Under the pieces are notes generated by a model, which had not been told where the DNA came from, made no database searches, and saw only the letters and a program-made list of their open reading frames with translations. A stretch of 64,000 bases of DNA from a virus. A program made the position numbers and the translations under genes. The DNA is taken from positions 7,081 through 71,080 of IMG/VR virus record IMGVR_UViG_3300003322_000796; one strand, 5' to 3'. Below, one piece after another: positions 54,915 through 64,000 of the stretch (its first letter is position 1; each line of letters starts with the position of its first letter).

Positions 54915-55625
54915 GTGCTGCTGGAGACGCAGGAGATGCGGCTCGCGGAGACCCCTGACCGGATCATCATGGTCGTCAAGGACCTCAAGCCGAACCGGGC
55001 CCGCCGGATGGCCCTGGCGGCCGTGCGCGAGTGCCGACGCAAGATGCCGAAGATGAGCGGGTCCTCGGCGGCCCGACTCCAGCCCCTGTACGGCAAGGGG
55101 TACTTCGGCATCTGGTGGGCCGACTCCTACGTCTTCTTCCAGGACCACGGCATCCGGCCCTTCACCATGCGCTCCTTGGCGGGCAAGACGATCCCGATGT
55201 GGATCGACGACCCCACCGGCCAGGAGCGGGCGAAGAACCCCCGGGCCAAGGTGCGCGTCACCATGTCCGGCAAGACCCAGGTCCTGATCTTCCGGCGGGC
55301 CGCCAACATCGGCCAGAGGATCACGAAATACGGACGGGACAAGGTCACCGGCGCCCGCATCGTGATCTCCGACAAGCCCGCATCCTACCCGGGAGCGCCG
55401 GGCCGTATCGCGGTCCGCGAGGCTCCCAACCCCCGTACGACCCCGGGACGGGTCGGCGGCCAGATCGCCCGGGGCAATGTCGGTGTGCGCTGGCGTCACC
55501 CGGGCATCGCGCCCCGGTTGTTCCTGAACAATGCGGTCACCCTGGCCGCCCAGTGGAATGGTGTCCTGCCGACTCGCGTGTACCTGTGCGACGGGAACTG
55601 GCGGACCCAGATCAAGGTGGCCTGA
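54915..55625 (+). CDS. tail completion / neck protein
   Basis: Basic; YVFFQDHGIRPF...HPG..P..FL, resembling HK97 gp10-like proteins; position. Confidence 0.65.
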   Translation: MLLETQEMRLAETPDRIIMVVKDLKPNRARRMALAAVRECRRKMPKMSGSSAARLQPLYGKGYFGIWWADSYVFFQDHGIRPFTMRSLAGKTIPMWIDDPTGQERAKNPRAKVRVTMSGKTQVLIFRRAANIGQRITKYGRDKVTGARIVISDKPASYPGAPGRIAVREAPNPRTTPGRVGGQIARGNVGVRWRHPGIAPRLFLNNAVTLAAQWNGVLPTRVYLCDGNWRTQIKVA

Positions 55626-56269
55626 TGTACATCACACCCCTGAAGACCATCCTGGTGGAGGCCCTCAAGGGGACCTTCGACACCGCGTACCCGGTGGCGG
55701 AGTTCCGGCAGATCCACGTGGACCCGGACTACCCGGTGGACGAGCAGAACTACCCGGCCATCTGGGTGGATTACGACGACACACAGCCCCTGCTGAAGGC
55801 CGGTATTGCCCACCGGGAGGACGCTCACCCGGTCACCGGCACGGAGGTCACCCCGTTCACCCGCTGGCGCTTCCAGGGGTACATCTCGCTGACCGTGATC
55901 GCCCTGAACTCCCTGGAGCGTGACCGGCTCTTCGACCAGATGGTCCGGGTGGTCGCCTTCGGCGAGGAGGACTCGGTCGTCGGCCGGTTCAAGTACTACA
56001 TCTCGAACAACGACCTGATCGCGGCGAATCTCCAGACGGACAAGATCGACATCCGAGGGAACGCGGCGGCTCCCGGTACCCCCTGGGGCACCGACGAGAT
56101 GATGTACGAGCGCTCGCTCAACCTGGAGATCATCGGGGAGTTCGTCCCCGACCCGGGCACCGGCACTCTGGTGAACCTCTCCCGGATCGTCATCGTCCAG
56201 AACGAGGTGCTGCCCGGAGACCCGATCCCGGATCCCATCACCGGCACCGGACCCACCGACTGGCACTGA
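55625..56269 (+). CDS. tail terminator protein
   Basis: Start re-called at ATG 55625; ..YP.IWV.Y...; directly upstream of the sheath. Confidence 0.65.
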   Translation: MYITPLKTILVEALKGTFDTAYPVAEFRQIHVDPDYPVDEQNYPAIWVDYDDTQPLLKAGIAHREDAHPVTGTEVTPFTRWRFQGYISLTVIALNSLERDRLFDQMVRVVAFGEEDSVVGRFKYYISNNDLIAANLQTDKIDIRGNAAAPGTPWGTDEMMYERSLNLEIIGEFVPDPGTGTLVNLSRIVIVQNEVLPGDPIPDPITGTGPTDWH

Positions 56270-56272
56270 TTG

Positions 56273-56306
56273 CTGTCCACTCCGGGACCTCACCTCGGAA
56301 GGGGTG
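56273..56306 (+). promoter_or_regulatory. late-promoter-like motif, copy 12
   Basis: CTGTCC-N20-AAGGGGTG upstream of the sheath. Confidence 0.75.
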
Positions 56307-56347
56307 GAAGCTCGATCTAGCCACCGGTCCCGGAGGGGTGGAACACC

Positions 56348-57916
56348 TTGCCTGACTTCACCAGTTACGTCCCGCCGGGCGTGTACGTACAGGACACGTC
56401 CCAGCCGGTGGTCACGCCGACCACAATCACCACCAACATCGTGACGGTGATCGGTCCGGCCATCGGCTACCAGACCAACACGGAGCTGGTCCAGGTCTAC
56501 TGGAACAGCAACACCGCCCTGGCCAAGCGGGGCATCTTCGTGGCGGCCGTCACCGGCCCGCCTGCCATCGGCGCTCCCGTGGTGAAGGACACCGCCGGGA
56601 ACACCATGGTCTACGGCACCGACTACACGTTCGTGGTGGACGCCTCGGGACCCGGCGGGGCCTCGAACGCCGTGACGTACATCAAGCGCCTGGGCACCAT
56701 CGCGAACCCCTCGGGCCCCTCGCCCAACGGCCTCGTGGACGGCTCGGCGGTCTACGTCACGTACAACTACGCCGACTCGAACTACTACTCGCCGCAGGAG
56801 TTCACCGACCCGGCGCAGATCGCGGCCACCTACGGCGCGGCGGTCACCGGGACGGCTCCGACCGACCCGAACGCCTCCCAGGTCGTCTGCCCACTCACCC
56901 TGGCGGCTCAGCTTGCCATGGCCAACGGGGCGAGCACCGTCCTGGCCCTGGCGACCAACCCGGCGGACGGCACGATCAAGGAGCAGTTCCTCGCGGCGTA
57001 CGCGAAGATCGTCGCCGACTACCGGGCCGCCCTGATCGTCCCGCTGTTCGTGGACGGCACCCCCGAGGACACCGGCGACCCGGCGGACGCCCACAGCGCG
57101 GCGGCAGTCCTCGCCCTGGTTCAGGACGCCAACAACCACGCGGTCAATGCATCGGCCGACGGCTACGGCCGGATCATGTTCGTGGGCGTCGAGACGAACT
57201 ACGACACCGCCACCCGCAACTTCGATGCGCTGGCCACCACGATCCACTCGAAGCGCACGGTGCTGGCCTACCCGCACCAGCTCAGCTTCTACAACACCCG
57301 GCTGGCCCAGACCACGGTCGTCTCCGGCTACTACCTGGCGGCGGCCATGGCCGGACAGCTCGCGGGCGGAGCAGTCGAGCGGGGCCTGACGAAGGTGTCC
57401 GTGACGGGCTTCAACGGCCTGCCTCCGGCCCTCGCACAGCTCCAGACGAAGTCCTTCAAGGACTCCCTCTCCAAGGCCGGTGTGAGCGTCCTGGAGAAGT
57501 CGTTCGGGGGAGCCCTCCAGATCCGTCACGGCCTCACCACGGACATGTCGGCCCTCACCACCCGCGAGATCTCGCTGGTGCGCATCGGGGACGTCCTGTT
57601 CGAGATGGTCCAGACCGGCATGGACGCGGCGGGCCTGATCGGCCAGCCCATCGACGCCGACATGACCACCAAGGTCAAGGGCTCCCTGACCGGCATCCTG
57701 GAGCGGGCGATCACGGACAACGTGATCGACGCCTACGACGGAGTGGCCGTCCGGCAGCAGACCCTCCCCACCGGGGACCCCTCGGTGATCGAGGCGCAGT
57801 TCGCCTACCGCCCGGCCGTCCCGCTCAACTACATCACCGTCACGTTCGCGATCGACCTGACCTCCGGCCAGATCACCGATACGACGAACGAGACCGAGAT
57901 CCCGACCACGGGCTGA
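56348..57916 (+). CDS. tail sheath protein (contractile tail)
   Basis: Y.PPGVYV N-terminus; AA.AG..A; LQIRHG.TT...REIS.VR..D; F.YRP..PLNYI.V.F C-terminus. Confidence 0.92.
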   Translation: MPDFTSYVPPGVYVQDTSQPVVTPTTITTNIVTVIGPAIGYQTNTELVQVYWNSNTALAKRGIFVAAVTGPPAIGAPVVKDTAGNTMVYGTDYTFVVDASGPGGASNAVTYIKRLGTIANPSGPSPNGLVDGSAVYVTYNYADSNYYSPQEFTDPAQIAATYGAAVTGTAPTDPNASQVVCPLTLAAQLAMANGASTVLALATNPADGTIKEQFLAAYAKIVADYRAALIVPLFVDGTPEDTGDPADAHSAAAVLALVQDANNHAVNASADGYGRIMFVGVETNYDTATRNFDALATTIHSKRTVLAYPHQLSFYNTRLAQTTVVSGYYLAAAMAGQLAGGAVERGLTKVSVTGFNGLPPALAQLQTKSFKDSLSKAGVSVLEKSFGGALQIRHGLTTDMSALTTREISLVRIGDVLFEMVQTGMDAAGLIGQPIDADMTTKVKGSLTGILERAITDNVIDAYDGVAVRQQTLPTGDPSVIEAQFAYRPAVPLNYITVTFAIDLTSGQITDTTNETEIPTTG

Positions 57917-57929
57917 CGAGGAGAGGTAG

Positions 57930-58436
57930 ATGCCCCAGACCAAAGTCCGTGTAGTCGGCTCGGGCTACACGACCTTCTACTACAAGGGGAAGGCCATCGC
58001 CTTCTGCGAGGGGGTGGAAGACTCCGGCCAGCGAGCGTTCTCGGACCTCGGGCAGCCGTACCAGTTCATCCACCCCCTGGGCGCTTCCCACCCCGTGGAG
58101 ATCGCGACGTCCCGCGTTCTCCAGGGCGGCACGCTCATGCTCACGATCCGCGAGCTGTGGAACACCTACGTGTGGGAGCAGCTCTCCGGCCTGTCGGGCA
58201 CGAAGAACATCGTCGACATCTTCCGGGTGCTCGCCAACGACCCGAACTACGTCACCTGCCAGACGGTGATCAAGCCGCCCGGCACCCAGAACAACCCTGG
58301 TGCGTGGCGCGGGAAGAACTACCACAACTGCGTCGTCGTGGACATCAACGACGGTGACACGATCACGGTCGGCTCCCTGGCCGTGACCAAGGGCATCACC
58401 GTGGCGTACACCCACACGAGCGCCCTGAACAAGTAG
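57930..58436 (+). CDS. tail tube protein
   Basis: 168 aa beta-rich protein immediately after the sheath. Confidence 0.8.
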   Translation: MPQTKVRVVGSGYTTFYYKGKAIAFCEGVEDSGQRAFSDLGQPYQFIHPLGASHPVEIATSRVLQGGTLMLTIRELWNTYVWEQLSGLSGTKNIVDIFRVLANDPNYVTCQTVIKPPGTQNNPGAWRGKNYHNCVVVDINDGDTITVGSLAVTKGITVAYTHTSALNK

Positions 58437-58446
58437 GACGGACGAG

Positions 58447-58986
58447 ATGAGCGAGCAGCAGGCCAGGTCCTTCGACCCCACCCAGTTGGGTCCGAAGGAG
58501 CCCGAAGACGCACCGGGAACCCTCCGCGACGAGGAGGGCAACCTGCTGCCCTCGTTCGACCCGAAGTACGCCGAGCCCTTCCGGGGTCTGGCGTACGTCG
58601 GAGCCCTCCAGACCACCTTCACCTGGGTCGGCCACCAGTTCTCCATCCGGACCCTGAGGGACGGCGAGAAGCTGGCCATCGCCCAGATCATCAAGCAGTA
58701 CGCCGACACCATGGGCGGGGACCGGGCGTACGGCTGCGCGGTCGCGGCCATGTGCATCCTGACCGTGGACGGCGAGGAGCTGCCGATCCCCATCGGCGAG
58801 TCCAAGAAGGCCTACGAGTGGGGCCTCCAGCGCTTCAGCTACGTCGTGGAGAACTGGTTCTCGACCACGGTCAACAAGGTCTTCAACGAGTACCTGGCGC
58901 TGGAGGACCTGGCCAACCAGGTGGTGGAGGCCATGGGAAAAGCATCAGCCCCCGTGGACTTGACCCCTTCGTCGAGCGACATCTGA
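58447..58986 (+). CDS. tail assembly chaperone (short form)
   Basis: Between tube and tape measure; slippery G GGA AAA at 58935-58941. Confidence 0.8.
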   Translation: MSEQQARSFDPTQLGPKEPEDAPGTLRDEEGNLLPSFDPKYAEPFRGLAYVGALQTTFTWVGHQFSIRTLRDGEKLAIAQIIKQYADTMGGDRAYGCAVAAMCILTVDGEELPIPIGESKKAYEWGLQRFSYVVENWFSTTVNKVFNEYLALEDLANQVVEAMGKASAPVDLTPSSSDI

Positions 58987-59483
58987 GACTGGCCGAGGCC
59001 CGGGGGCTTCTGAAGGGCGAGTGCCTGTCCGAGGTGCAGGCGCTCGGCCTGGAGTACCTGCGCTTCGAGGACGGCCGGATCGCCGAGGAGAAGGCGGCCC
59101 GCGAGGAGAAGTTCCGCGCCGAGCTGCTGTCCACCGTGGTCAAGGCCTCCCTGGTGGCCTCCCAGGGCTACGAGGAGAAGGTCCTCTTCAAGGAGTACTT
59201 CCCGGCCGACAAGGGCGAAGGAGCATCCGGCGGGGACGCCGACGTGGACTTCGACTACTCGGACGTGGAGTTCGCCACCCCCAGCGCGGACGAGATGGAC
59301 CTCCTGGAGTCCCTCCTCGGCGATCAGGACGTCACGGTCTCCGGAGCCCCTCTGGAGGGCCCTGGGGCCGTCCAGGTGGACCGCGAGGACGAGGAGGGTC
59401 CGGACGTCCCCCTCGCACACGCACTGGCGCCCCCGCGAGAGTTCGAGCTTCCTGAGCCCGACCCTGACTCGGAGTGGACATGA
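58941..59483 (+). CDS. -1 frameshift extension of the tail assembly chaperone
   Basis: The -1 frame continues SISPRGLDPFVERHL... to the stop at 59483; no good independent start; fusion about 345 aa. Confidence 0.8.
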   Translation, partial: SISPRGLDPFVERHLRLAEARGLLKGECLSEVQALGLEYLRFEDGRIAEEKAAREEKFRAELLSTVVKASLVASQGYEEKVLFKEYFPADKGEGASGGDADVDFDYSDVEFATPSADEMDLLESLLGDQDVTVSGAPLEGPGAVQVDREDEEGPDVPLAHALAPPREFELPEPDPDSEWT

Positions 59484-62032
59484 GCATCGACGGCCAGCCG
59501 GACCCGGGTGTCGGCGACAACTACGACCTGGGCCGTCTCTTCTCGCTGCTGATCCAGGGCCAGCAGAACGCCAACCGGGTCATGAACGATCTGCTGGACA
59601 CCACCCGGCAGTCCCTGCACATGGCCCAGACCTACTCCACGGGCGCCGGTCCGACGAACGCGTACCGGGCCCGGCAGGGCATGGGCGGCGGAGGCAATCC
59701 GAACGCGGGCCAGACCACCCAGCAGACCCTGAGGGCCACCCAGGGCGCCAACGGTGTCTTCACGGTCGGACCCACGGGCACCGTGACCCCTCCTGGAGCC
59801 CCTCAGGGCCCCTCAGGCGGCCCCGGACCGGTACCGGGCACCCAGCCGCCCGGAGGAGGCTCCAACGCGCCCGCAGGCCCCTCCCAGAGCTTCCGCTCCG
59901 TGTGGGGTATCCCGACCGCCGGGCAGACCACGTCGAACAACCTGCCGCGCTCCGGCACCCAGTTCGCCTCCACCCTCCAGGGGGTCACCCAGCGCACCCT
60001 GAACCAGACCGCCCAGAACTGGAACCGGTCCATGTTCGGTGTCTGGTCGCCGTACTGGGGCCAGGGCGGCTCGGGAGGAGGCGGTGGCGGCGGTGGTGGC
60101 TACCCCGGCGGCGGCGGAGGCGGCTACGGAGGAGGCGGCGGCGGAGGCCAGCTCGGCATGGGCCCGTACGGCATGGGTCCCGCCGGTATGCCCCCGAACC
60201 CGCTGTACTTCGGCGGCCCGAACTCCCCGCACGGTCCCTACGGCCCGTACGGCCCCTACGGAGCTGCCGGTGGCGGTGGAGGCGGCGGAGGCCTGAACCA
60301 CGGGGCGAACCACGCGGCCGGAGGCGGCGGGGGCCACCTGTGGGGCATGAACTCCGGTATCGGCGGATGGATCCGCAAGAACGTTCCCGGTGTCGGCCTG
60401 ATCGACAAGGCCTTCGGCGAGGTCAAGAGCCAGCGGAACAAGAACGAGTACTACCAGAACGTCAACGGCGGCTCGAACTTCGGCGGCTTCGCGGAGCGCT
60501 TCCACGAGGAGGCGTACGTCGCCTCCACTTCCGCCATGTTCTCCGACCAGGAGGCCCGCCAGGCCTTCAAGGGTGTCACCCGGCTCGGGTACAACGGCAT
60601 CGTGGACGACCGGTTCTCCCGCCAGGGAGGACGCCAGGACGCCCTGAACTTCATCTACCACGGCAAGACCTCCTACGGTGCCTCGGTGGCCGAGAGCCTC
60701 CAGGAGCTGGAGGTCGTGTCCAAGAACTCCACCCTGAGCCTGAAGACGCTCCAGGGCGCTCTGAAGGACGTCTCGGACACCGCCGGGAAGGCGGGCGTCA
60801 ACGCCCAGATGGCCCGCAAGCAGCTCATGGGCCTGGTGACCGAGGGAGTCCAGGCGGGCTACGGCGCCGGTTCGGTGAACACGGCCGCCAACATCCAGAT
60901 GGGCAAGACCTCCCTGGGCCGCTCGTTTCAGGATGTCGACCTGTCCGGCCAGATGTCCCAGCAGTACACCTACATGGCGTCCTCGCAGATGGGGATGACC
61001 TACAACCAGTACACCGCGATGCAGACCACCAACCCGCTCGCGGCGGCCCAGGCCCGAGCAGGTCAGAACCTCTCGGTGCTCTCGCAGATCTTCACCCAGG
61101 ACGAGGTCAACTGGGTCCGGCAGAAGGCCCAGGCACTGGGAGGGACGCTCGACTCCGACGCGGCCCTGTCCATCGTGCCGGAGTTCCTCACGGCCTTCCC
61201 GAACCACAACATCTCCGTCATCCAGAGCCAGCTCGCGGCCTTCGGGATCATCCAGACCGACGACCCCCAGAAGGCCCTGGCGTACGCCTTCAGCCTCATG
61301 GCGGGCAACAACGGGGACCTGGCCAACGCCCAGAACACCTCGAAGCAGAACAAGCCCCTGTCGGCCAAGGAGGCGGCCAAGCAGGGCGACCGTTCCGGAT
61401 TCATCAAGGACTTCTCCACCAAGCACGACGGAGGCTCCTCGATAGGGGCCAAGATCGGCGGCTCGATCCTGGAGACGGTCACCGCCGGAATCGTGGACGA
61501 CGTCGGCACCGACAAGGGCGACTCCGACGCCATGAAGACCTACAAGGACCAGGTCAAGAGGAGCGGGATGCGCAACCCGGTCCTGGAGAACCTGCTCTCC
61601 TCGGTGAACAACGGCGACACCAAGGTCATCATCCACACCTCCCAGGGCGAGCGGGTGGTCTCCCTCGAAGACGCGATCAAGAACCACCCCAACGAGCTGT
61701 CCTCCGGCTCTGCGAAGATCGTCTCCGGCGACAAGAAGGGCAAGACGGTCGCGGACGTCCTGGGCGCCGGAGCGGTCAACACCGGCGCGAACTGGACCAG
61801 CGAGGCCTCCAAGTCCAAGGACAAGTCCGGGGAGTCCCTCAAGAGCTGGCTGAAGGACCACCCCAGCGACACGGCCAAGGGCACCGGAACGGGGGCGAAC
61901 GGCAAGGTCGTCATCGACCTCTCCGACGCGGCCAAGCAGCTTTTCAAGGTCTCCTCGGCAACCGGCATCGCAGGGGCGAACGGAGAGGGCGCCCCGCCCC
62001 TGAACTACTACAACTGGAACGCGAACAGGTGA
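59480..62032 (+). CDS. tape measure-like protein
   Basis: Follows the chaperone pair; Gly-rich N-third, Ala/Gln-rich helical body; start ATG 59480 (or 59474). Confidence 0.75.
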   Translation: MSIDGQPDPGVGDNYDLGRLFSLLIQGQQNANRVMNDLLDTTRQSLHMAQTYSTGAGPTNAYRARQGMGGGGNPNAGQTTQQTLRATQGANGVFTVGPTGTVTPPGAPQGPSGGPGPVPGTQPPGGGSNAPAGPSQSFRSVWGIPTAGQTTSNNLPRSGTQFASTLQGVTQRTLNQTAQNWNRSMFGVWSPYWGQGGSGGGGGGGGGYPGGGGGGYGGGGGGGQLGMGPYGMGPAGMPPNPLYFGGPNSPHGPYGPYGPYGAAGGGGGGGGLNHGANHAAGGGGGHLWGMNSGIGGWIRKNVPGVGLIDKAFGEVKSQRNKNEYYQNVNGGSNFGGFAERFHEEAYVASTSAMFSDQEARQAFKGVTRLGYNGIVDDRFSRQGGRQDALNFIYHGKTSYGASVAESLQELEVVSKNSTLSLKTLQGALKDVSDTAGKAGVNAQMARKQLMGLVTEGVQAGYGAGSVNTAANIQMGKTSLGRSFQDVDLSGQMSQQYTYMASSQMGMTYNQYTAMQTTNPLAAAQARAGQNLSVLSQIFTQDEVNWVRQKAQALGGTLDSDAALSIVPEFLTAFPNHNISVIQSQLAAFGIIQTDDPQKALAYAFSLMAGNNGDLANAQNTSKQNKPLSAKEAAKQGDRSGFIKDFSTKHDGGSSIGAKIGGSILETVTAGIVDDVGTDKGDSDAMKTYKDQVKRSGMRNPVLENLLSSVNNGDTKVIIHTSQGERVVSLEDAIKNHPNELSSGSAKIVSGDKKGKTVADVLGAGAVNTGANWTSEASKSKDKSGESLKSWLKDHPSDTAKGTGTGANGKVVIDLSDAAKQLFKVSSATGIAGANGEGAPPLNYYNWNANR

Positions 62033-62036
62033 CGGC

Positions 62037-62774
62037 ATGGGACTGGCTACCCTCGGCTTCGCAGACGGTCCCGGCCTGACGTTCCGGATCGATCCAGAGG
62101 CCATCGACTACAACGTCAAGGTGCACACCTCGGTGATCAACACGGTCGGGGGCCGTGTGATCCAGGTCCTGGGGTCCTCGATCTCGGACGTGACGATCCG
62201 GGGCTCCATCGGCGAGTCCCACCGGTTCGGCAAGGGCAGGAACGGGGCCGAGCACGACGGTGTGTCCTGGAAGATGGCCGTGGACTTCTTCCAGCGCGTC
62301 CAGGCCTTCCAGATGCTCCAGAGCGCGGGCTCGAACGTGCCCGGCTCGTCCTCCGGGAAGGGGAACTTCTTCCTGAAGCCCGCGACCTTCGTGTACTCCC
62401 CGAAGGGCCTGCGCTTCCAGTGCTACATCAAGGCGATCATCGATCCGGCGGGAGACGGATCTGCCGGTGTAGTCCATCGCGTGGCAAGATCGAACTACCA
62501 GTACGTCCTGGTGCTCTTCCCGGTCCAGGAGGGCACCACGGGTCTCACCAAGGCGGGATCCTCCAACGGCGTGCTGGACCAGGCGAAGGCAAAAGCTGTC
62601 GACGCCTACATCTCCCGGATCTCGCAGGGCATCGGCTGGAAATTCACCGCCTACAACGGCGGTTCCACCCCCAGCGCCCAGTGGGAGAAGGAGTTCCGCA
62701 AGGACCACGAGGACGCGATCCCGAACGAGACCCTGGACCGCACCGACAACGGCACTGAAGGGACGGCACCATGA
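62037..62774 (+). CDS. baseplate / tube initiator protein
   Basis: F..DPE.I.Y......SV..TVGGRVIQV.G pattern; position after the tape measure. Confidence 0.7.
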   Translation: MGLATLGFADGPGLTFRIDPEAIDYNVKVHTSVINTVGGRVIQVLGSSISDVTIRGSIGESHRFGKGRNGAEHDGVSWKMAVDFFQRVQAFQMLQSAGSNVPGSSSGKGNFFLKPATFVYSPKGLRFQCYIKAIIDPAGDGSAGVVHRVARSNYQYVLVLFPVQEGTTGLTKAGSSNGVLDQAKAKAVDAYISRISQGIGWKFTAYNGGSTPSAQWEKEFRKDHEDAIPNETLDRTDNGTEGTAP

Positions 62775-62989
62775 GCGAGCCGGTGCACTGGGGAGCGGAC
62801 GTCCCGATCTCCCTCCCGCAGCCCCTCACCGAGGACAACCCGGCCATCGTCCCGATGGACGGCTTCGCCTTCACCACCACGGGCCTGTTCTTCGACCTGT
62901 CCGTGGCCGACCACGCCCGGATCGCGGTGCCCACCTTCGCCCCGGACCGCCCGGAGGACCCGGTCGTCCGCTACGACGAGGGGCTCTGA
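62771..62989 (+). CDS. small baseplate-region protein
   Basis: ATGA overlap; 72 aa. Confidence 0.65.
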   Translation: MSEPVHWGADVPISLPQPLTEDNPAIVPMDGFAFTTTGLFFDLSVADHARIAVPTFAPDRPEDPVVRYDEGL

Positions 62990-62990
62990 G

Positions 62991-63710
62991 ATGCCCCGAG
63001 CCGGTCTGAACTGCACGCTGAGCTACTCGTACCAGGGGAAGACCTACGCGTTCTCCGTACGGGCGCAGGAGATCGCCTACGGGTCCCGCATGGTCGCCGA
63101 CGAGGCCCAGGCGCGGACCCGGCGGGCGTACTACCCGCACCAGGTCTCCTCGATCCCCTTCTCGGTCGTCCCGATCATCAAGGGATACGCCGAGCGCGCG
63201 GCCTTCTCGAACTTCCTCGGGGACTACATCAAGCGCATCCAGGACCCGGGCCTGAGCGTCTCGAAGTTCCCCACGATGAAGGTCATCTGCTCGGTGCGCC
63301 GGTTCACGCGCTGGGGAGTGCCGATCTCCGGGATCGAGTGGGGAGACCACGTCGGCTCGATGGTCTGGACACCCCGGGTGGTCTTCGAGACCCACGTGGA
63401 CCAGTCCCTCGGCGACACCCCGGGCTCGTATGACTGGGTGTCCTACTTCGTCTTCCAGCAGGGTGCCCTGGAGACCTCCCCGCAGCTCGCGTACTTCTAC
63501 CCGAGCGGGATCCAGCTCTCCGGCTCCCAGGTGCCGGACGACGACTCCTTCGACAAGGTGACCTCGATCCAGGACATCCAGGACATCATCAACAACGGCA
63601 CGAGCGGCGGCTCCGACGCGGGCGACGTCAACTCCGACTGGGGCGGCATCCCGTACAAGCCGGGCCAGGGCCCGAACACCAACGTGCCCCTGGGGCCGGT
63701 GAGGAACTAG
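62991..63710 (+). CDS. baseplate-region protein
   Basis: 239 aa in the same operon. Confidence 0.7.
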   Translation: MPRAGLNCTLSYSYQGKTYAFSVRAQEIAYGSRMVADEAQARTRRAYYPHQVSSIPFSVVPIIKGYAERAAFSNFLGDYIKRIQDPGLSVSKFPTMKVICSVRRFTRWGVPISGIEWGDHVGSMVWTPRVVFETHVDQSLGDTPGSYDWVSYFVFQQGALETSPQLAYFYPSGIQLSGSQVPDDDSFDKVTSIQDIQDIINNGTSGGSDAGDVNSDWGGIPYKPGQGPNTNVPLGPVRN

Positions 63711-64000
63711 TGCGAACGTTCCATGGCGTCCGCCAACTGCGGGTTGACCGACCGGACACAGTCGATGGAGCAGTACTTGCCCCAGTCCGGCCGGTGCTTC
63801 ACCTTGGCCTCGATCACCTTGAAGACGCCCTGGCACGCCCCGCAGGTACGTTCCACAGCCTTCTTCCGATGACCACTCGGCAGGGTGATGTAGCAGTCCC
63901 CCAAGGCCGCGTCGTACGCCCTGCGGGTGTTGCAGGGGTGACACGACGGTGCCAGGTTGCTGGGGTCGTTGTTGGTCTTGTCCCCGTCCAGGTGATCGGC
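63707..64000 (-). CDS. HNH endonuclease, C-terminal part (5' end outside the window)
   Basis: Open frame from the window end: ADHLDGDKTNNDPSNLAPSCHPCN followed by a C-x2-C...YCSIDC Zn motif. Confidence 0.85.
   Translation of the reverse strand, partial: ADHLDGDKTNNDPSNLAPSCHPCNTRRAYDAALGDCYITLPSGHRKKAVERTCGACQGVFKVIEAKVKHRPDWGKYCSIDCVRSVNPQLADAMERSH

Noticed and set aside
15539-56306. AAGGGGTG as merely a strong Shine-Dalgarno
   Set aside because: Distance to the start codon varies from about 10 to 50 nt, most genes have a separate SD, and spacing to the upstream TGTC box is invariant
60060-60345. GGC-rich repeats in the tape measure gene as a DNA repeat element or PE-PGRS gene
   Set aside because: Simple poly-Gly coding tracts within one ORF; no PE domain or fixed repeat unit
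1-64000. Integrase, transposase, rRNA, terminase or DNA polymerase genes
   Set aside because: No supporting motifs seen in this window; lifestyle (lytic or temperate) cannot be decided from it

Overview
The window is a 64 kb internal segment of a GC-rich actinobacterial myovirus genome. Streptomyces is a likely host, inferred from codon style and lysis genes. The major capsid protein, portal, sheath and tube look like those of Bxz1/Myrna-type (cluster C) mycobacteriophages, judged from memory. About 1-15.4 kb is an early/accessory region: many small hypothetical, membrane and Cys/His-rich proteins, an initiator-type tRNA-Met, thyX, dcd, a Thg1-like 3'-5' polymerase, and a minus-strand Ro60/TROVE gene preceded by five tandem Y-RNA-like modules, three with a circularly permuted tRNA domain. 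About 15.5-64 kb is the virion and lysis region: head proteins, portal, beta-helix fibres, lysis cassette, prohead protease, scaffold, capsid, neck, sheath, tube, a -1 frameshifted tail chaperone, tape measure, baseplate and a truncated antisense HNH gene. The most interesting signals are (i) the Ro60 plus five-Y-RNA locus with a nearby Thg1 fusion; (ii) head-region polyproteins in which ADP-ribosyltransferase-like, ParB-like, GNAT-like and SWIM domains are bracketed by recurrent (K/R/H/Q)-x-A motifs, a candidate protease-released cargo system; and (iii) a bipartite motif CTGTCC-N20-AAGGGGTG in 12 copies upstream of virion genes, a candidate phage-specific late promoter. All assignments come from reading motifs by eye; no database search or folding was run.
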